Below, one piece after another: positions 8,301 to 10,088 of a stretch of 10,088 nucleotides of DNA. The translations under genes were made by a program, and so were the position numbers. Source of the stretch: Myxococcota bacterium (GTDB lineage Bacteria > Myxococcota > JACRCW01); contig JBFMGU010000339.1 of NCBI GenBank assembly GCA_040752415.1, positions 1 through 10,088 on the forward strand, written 5' to 3'. The stretch's first letter is position 1. The number at the start of each line of letters is the position of its first letter. The notes under the pieces are model-generated. The model was not told the DNA's origin and did not search any database. It saw only the letters and a program-made list of their open reading frames with translations.

Positions 8301-9646
8301 ACACCAACTCGCCCACGGGGCGTCGCTACATCGCCGACTACGTGCCTGAGCACTACATGGTTCCGTTCCAGTACTGCTCGGACATGTACGCGTGGGGCGG
8401 CAACCTCACCTGCAACCGCTACGACATGGGCGGCAACATGCAGGAGATCGTCGAGAACGCGCGGCAGATGTATGAGGGTTACTACATCTTCAACAACTTC
8501 CGTCGCGACCGCTACACGTTCGCCATCCCGGGCAGCTTCTCCGTGGGTGGCTACCTGGGCCGTCTCTATGACCGCACCTTCCAGCCCATGCTCAACAGCT
8601 TCCGGTACTTCTACTTCTACCGGCGCAGCCTGCTGACCATGTACCCGCTGGTGGTGGACTGGGCCACGGCGGCGTTCAACGGCCTGAACTTCTTTGGCGG
8701 CGTGCTGCAGAAGCCGGAGCCGGGCAACTACTGCCTCAAGCTGGGCACGTTCTCCCGCACCGGGGGGCTGCCCTGCGACGCCAACAGCCCCACCATCAGC
8801 ATCCCGCTGGGAGAGGGCCGCTACTTCGGCACGCGCTGGACGGATGAGTACTATTACAAGCTCAACCGCATCGGTTCATACTGGGACAAGTGGCTGGCCA
8901 CGCAGGCGCTCACCGACAGCCAGTTCTTCCTGGTGCGCAACTTCTCCAGCTTGTTTGACCGCGGTGCGTTCTCCATCACGTACTACCGCGTCTTCGAGAA
9001 GGAGATGACCGAGCTGTTCCGCTCCATCATGGCGGGCGACCTCAGCCAGTTCTCCGCGTACGTGCAGCAGGATCCGGAGACGGGCATGTACCAGGTCATC
9101 ACCCGGCCCATCGTGGGGGCGGAGGGCAGCCAGGCCCCGGCGTTGCCCACCATCAAGCCCCCCATGAACTGGCCGCTGCAGAAGTCCGCCGCGCTCTACG
9201 CGTTCGTGGGTCTGACCAGCACGGTGGACCGTCGGTTGGACTTTGCCCGTCGGATGCGCGTCACCTACCAGGGCGCCGCGGATGACCCCCTGTACGAGGG
9301 CTTCACCGCGGACCAGCTGGTGACCTTCACCGACCCGCTCACGCACCTGACCTACCGCGCTGCGCAGGTGGGCGGTCCGGATGCGCCGGGCTACCAGATG
9401 GTGCGCGATGCCCGGGACTTCCACTCCGGCTCCTGGACGCCGGCGCGCACCGCGCTGGACCAGGCGGTGGTGGCGTACGAGACCGCAGTGGCCTCGGGCG
9501 ACCAGACGGCCATTGCGGTGGCGGAAGAGGCCCTGGCGGAGACGGAGGCCAACTTCAGCTCCATCGACCGCGCGCTGCGCGACAAGGTCGACGTGCTGGA
9601 GTACCTCCGCATCCTCGGCTTCTACACGCACCTGTACACCGACTGA
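5384..9646 (+). CDS. Large lipoprotein zinc-dependent metalloprotease (metzincin clan; EcxA/Met-zincin DUF4953-like), paralogue 2, ~1420 aa
   Basis: Long ORF with strong GC3 bias. Lipoprotein signal MKTLSLFAATAALAFSAA-C (Cys codon 5438-5440). Zinc motif HEVGHTLGLRH at 7784-7816. Met-turn YSSIMDY (Met codon 7928) followed by GIGPYDRAAIKFGY. Carries GPLGYGPSSADPETGEII and YCSD motifs. Colinear with paralogue 1 through motifs such as FGFFR, IPYAERxPKPIxYY, FTWQRxGDxRY and TYRAAxVG. Alternative start ATG5354. Confidence 0.92.
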   Translation: MKTLSLFAATAALAFSAACAAPVQDIDRTQPDYYPKGYFTGEWYVRPTVIRTQYNQGMLFEGYEGNMEKVRWEIQEDQLIAWRSYEFIPNAEANPGSHTPIAIFRIAKHFDVKRDYNPSTGVETNVIVENDFDRPWWERDFVRVDWSQNLADDLDLGGYIKFFMADGQIAINQSGNGDRYEVERPRITAEYIDVVVRHRLFVDWGSIWDYSMAEQSEADVRWSFRKVDPNNDYEPLVYPDFINVKTRYRYARQVGVDLVPCTPSPNDAGCQLYDGPPSAGARDPAPLGDGTALPSCLSASDTATPGWDNTVLCHPDTRPEDDCFCAPEKLDLFVDGNGNICDSRLRDTLDPEDCNQITYPVFERFGFFRTLRMPFDWERDFAFNSRIYLANRWNIWERSRVTENGVTRSIPYAERKPKPIIYYTNPEFPEDLMPAAQKIADDWDVAFRATVAGLQGVEPNAVPRMYELRRNSCSIEGVKQFARDKGLEWVLDKAVGGVERVEMGNLKRACTALEVETLNESDDRKFTWQRVGDLRYAFMHWVHTPQQAGPLGYGPSSADPETGEIISANAYIYGAAVDTYANFAADMVQLLNGEIPPSQFTDGENVVTEITAGRAKVNEGLSKRSTRQLMDRFDAYDAANATGAIPQLPAAQDVNMADPRSALALSDQNARLKSLEDFAAQHLVDDDMLRAFAGPDRYQPGQIPSEEALRMANPANWGRYPDPLKRMLGQTTADFRAEADAMGVADRYSKVERMLAERNIEYGSMLAEPAVYGLALSLKGKTRDEVVRHARQEIFRGVEAHEVGHTLGLRHNFAGSADPLNFIKDFWTQPELSANPASRKWDYAYSSIMDYHQRFSSDWAGIGPYDRAAIKFGYGQLVETFDETEGEFVPRDYFDFATSVMDYKDLPRILGGADVDNQFEQAYYRALGGQDPMLQMPASVTPNIDNMYKRKDVRFSEVFDEYLKDIYGAYVDDTNSPTGRRYIADYVPEHYMVPFQYCSDMYAWGGNLTCNRYDMGGNMQEIVENARQMYEGYYIFNNFRRDRYTFAIPGSFSVGGYLGRLYDRTFQPMLNSFRYFYFYRRSLLTMYPLVVDWATAAFNGLNFFGGVLQKPEPGNYCLKLGTFSRTGGLPCDANSPTISIPLGEGRYFGTRWTDEYYYKLNRIGSYWDKWLATQALTDSQFFLVRNFSSLFDRGAFSITYYRVFEKEMTELFRSIMAGDLSQFSAYVQQDPETGMYQVITRPIVGAEGSQAPALPTIKPPMNWPLQKSAALYAFVGLTSTVDRRLDFARRMRVTYQGAADDPLYEGFTADQLVTFTDPLTHLTYRAAQVGGPDAPGYQMVRDARDFHSGSWTPARTALDQAVVAYETAVASGDQTAIAVAEEALAETEANFSSIDRALRDKVDVLEYLRILGFYTHLYTD

Positions 9647-9670
9647 TTTCCGTCGGTAGCAGGGCATGAT

Positions 9671-9716
9671 GAAGGGCCGGTCCGCCGCGGTTGGGTGGTC
9701 CGGCCCTTTGTCTTTT
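9671..9716 (+). terminator. Rho-independent terminator of the barrel/protease operon
   Basis: Perfect 9-bp stem AAGGGCCGG (9672-9680) / CCGGCCCTT (9700-9708), extended inward by CCGCC/GGTGG pairing after one mismatch. It is followed by a T-rich tail (TGTCTTTT) and lies about 25 nt after the stop codon of gene 3. Confidence 0.85.
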
Positions 9717-9823
9717 CCGGGGGACCGGCGCGGGTGCCGCAGGGGAATTCCTCCGACGGCAGCGCGGGTTGCGCGGGCATGCTCATCCGCTGGCTCAGTG
9801 GCGGACGATCGATCGTTCCGGGT

Positions 9824-9853
9824 TTGACGAGATCACAGCGCGAGCCGTACCTT
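9824..9853 (+). promoter_or_regulatory. Candidate sigma70-type promoter
   Basis: TTGACG (9824-9829) - 18 nt - TACCTT (9848-9853). It sits in the intergenic region after the terminator and upstream of an open frame. This is a motif match only. Confidence 0.4.
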
Positions 9854-9955
9854 CGCCGGCCCGAATCCCCGAGGTGCAGCAGGATGGCGCGCAGGCGTGC
9901 GACAGGCAGCGGTAGGGCGTGGCTGGCCTCTCGCACGGGCTCGGTGCGCGCGGGG

Positions 9956-10088
9956 ATGGACCCGCAGACCATTCGCGTGCTGGCGCTGCTGGCGTCTCCG
10001 CAGGAGCGACGTCGGTGGCGTTGGCAGCTCCGCATGGCCCCCGCCGGGCAACGCGCCGCGGCCGCCACGGCCCTGGGAGCGGCCATGG
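9956..10088 (+). CDS. Probable 5' end of a downstream gene (3'-truncated hypothetical protein)
   Basis: ATG9956 opens MDPQTIRVLALLASPQERRRWRWQLRMAPAGQRAAAATALGAAM..., which stays open to the window end with mostly G/C-ending codons. It is missing from the ORF track, presumably because it has no stop in the window. The in-frame ATG9884, with GAGG at 9871-9874, is an alternative start. The fragment is too short to assign a function. Confidence 0.4.
   Translation, partial: MDPQTIRVLALLASPQERRRWRWQLRMAPAGQRAAAATALGAAM

Noticed and set aside
5318..8353. 1011-aa ORF on the minus strand
   Set aside because: It is codon-aligned antisense to protease gene 2. Its V/H/R/G/A-rich composition is the typical shadow of a GC3-biased sense gene, and it has no recognisable motifs.
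371..9659. Numerous 60-160 aa alternative-frame ORFs inside the three main genes
   Set aside because: Most give R/S/T/A/P/W-rich or otherwise motif-free translations, as expected from off-frame reading of GC-rich coding DNA. All overlap well-supported CDSs.
8876..9667. 263-aa minus-strand ORF
   Set aside because: It is the same kind of antisense shadow frame over the 3' end of gene 3, with no independent coding evidence.
9728..9777. Three GCGCGGG copies and a GGAATTCC palindrome in the intergenic region
   Set aside because: They are short, GC-only or irregularly spaced, and expected by chance. They do not form a CRISPR array or a REP-like element.
9622..10086. Track ORFs 9622..10086(-), 9691..9915(+) and 9833..10051(-)
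   Set aside because: They give low-complexity R/P/A-rich translations that cross the terminator or promoter region, with no codon-bias or motif support. A convergent gene cannot be fully excluded without downstream sequence.
9644..10088. Stop-codon readthrough or selenocysteine recoding: the frame of gene 3 stays open after its TGA to the window end
   Set aside because: A strong terminator lies just downstream. The protein's end aligns with the end of paralogue 1. The 9647-9955 codons lack the GC3 bias of the real genes, and a stop-free run of about 100 codons is unremarkable at this GC content.

Overview
GC-rich bacterial DNA carrying one apparent + strand operon. The lineage looks Myxococcota/deltaproteobacterial, inferred only from codon bias and protein style. 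The operon has three parts: (1) the 3' part of a gene whose product looks like an outer-membrane beta-barrel, and (2, 3) two tandem, divergent paralogues encoding very large (~1,540 and ~1,420 aa) lipoprotein metzincin zinc metalloproteases. Each protease has a lipobox, an identical HEVGHTLGLRHNF zinc motif and an S[VI]MDY Met-turn. An intrinsic terminator closes the operon. Downstream lie a candidate sigma70-type promoter with an adjacent 12-bp palindrome and the probable start of a further gene. The two proteases share a colinear scaffold but carry different cysteine-rich insertions at different sites. Paralogue 1 has a single apparently unpaired Cys 41 residues before the zinc motif, where paralogue 2 has Ile-Glu, suggesting a Cys-switch versus acidic-switch difference. 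Both genes share a 13-bp motif at their starts. The best system-level hypothesis, which is inference, is a barrel plus paired lipoprotein-protease outer-membrane complex. No mobile element, CRISPR array or RNA gene was seen.
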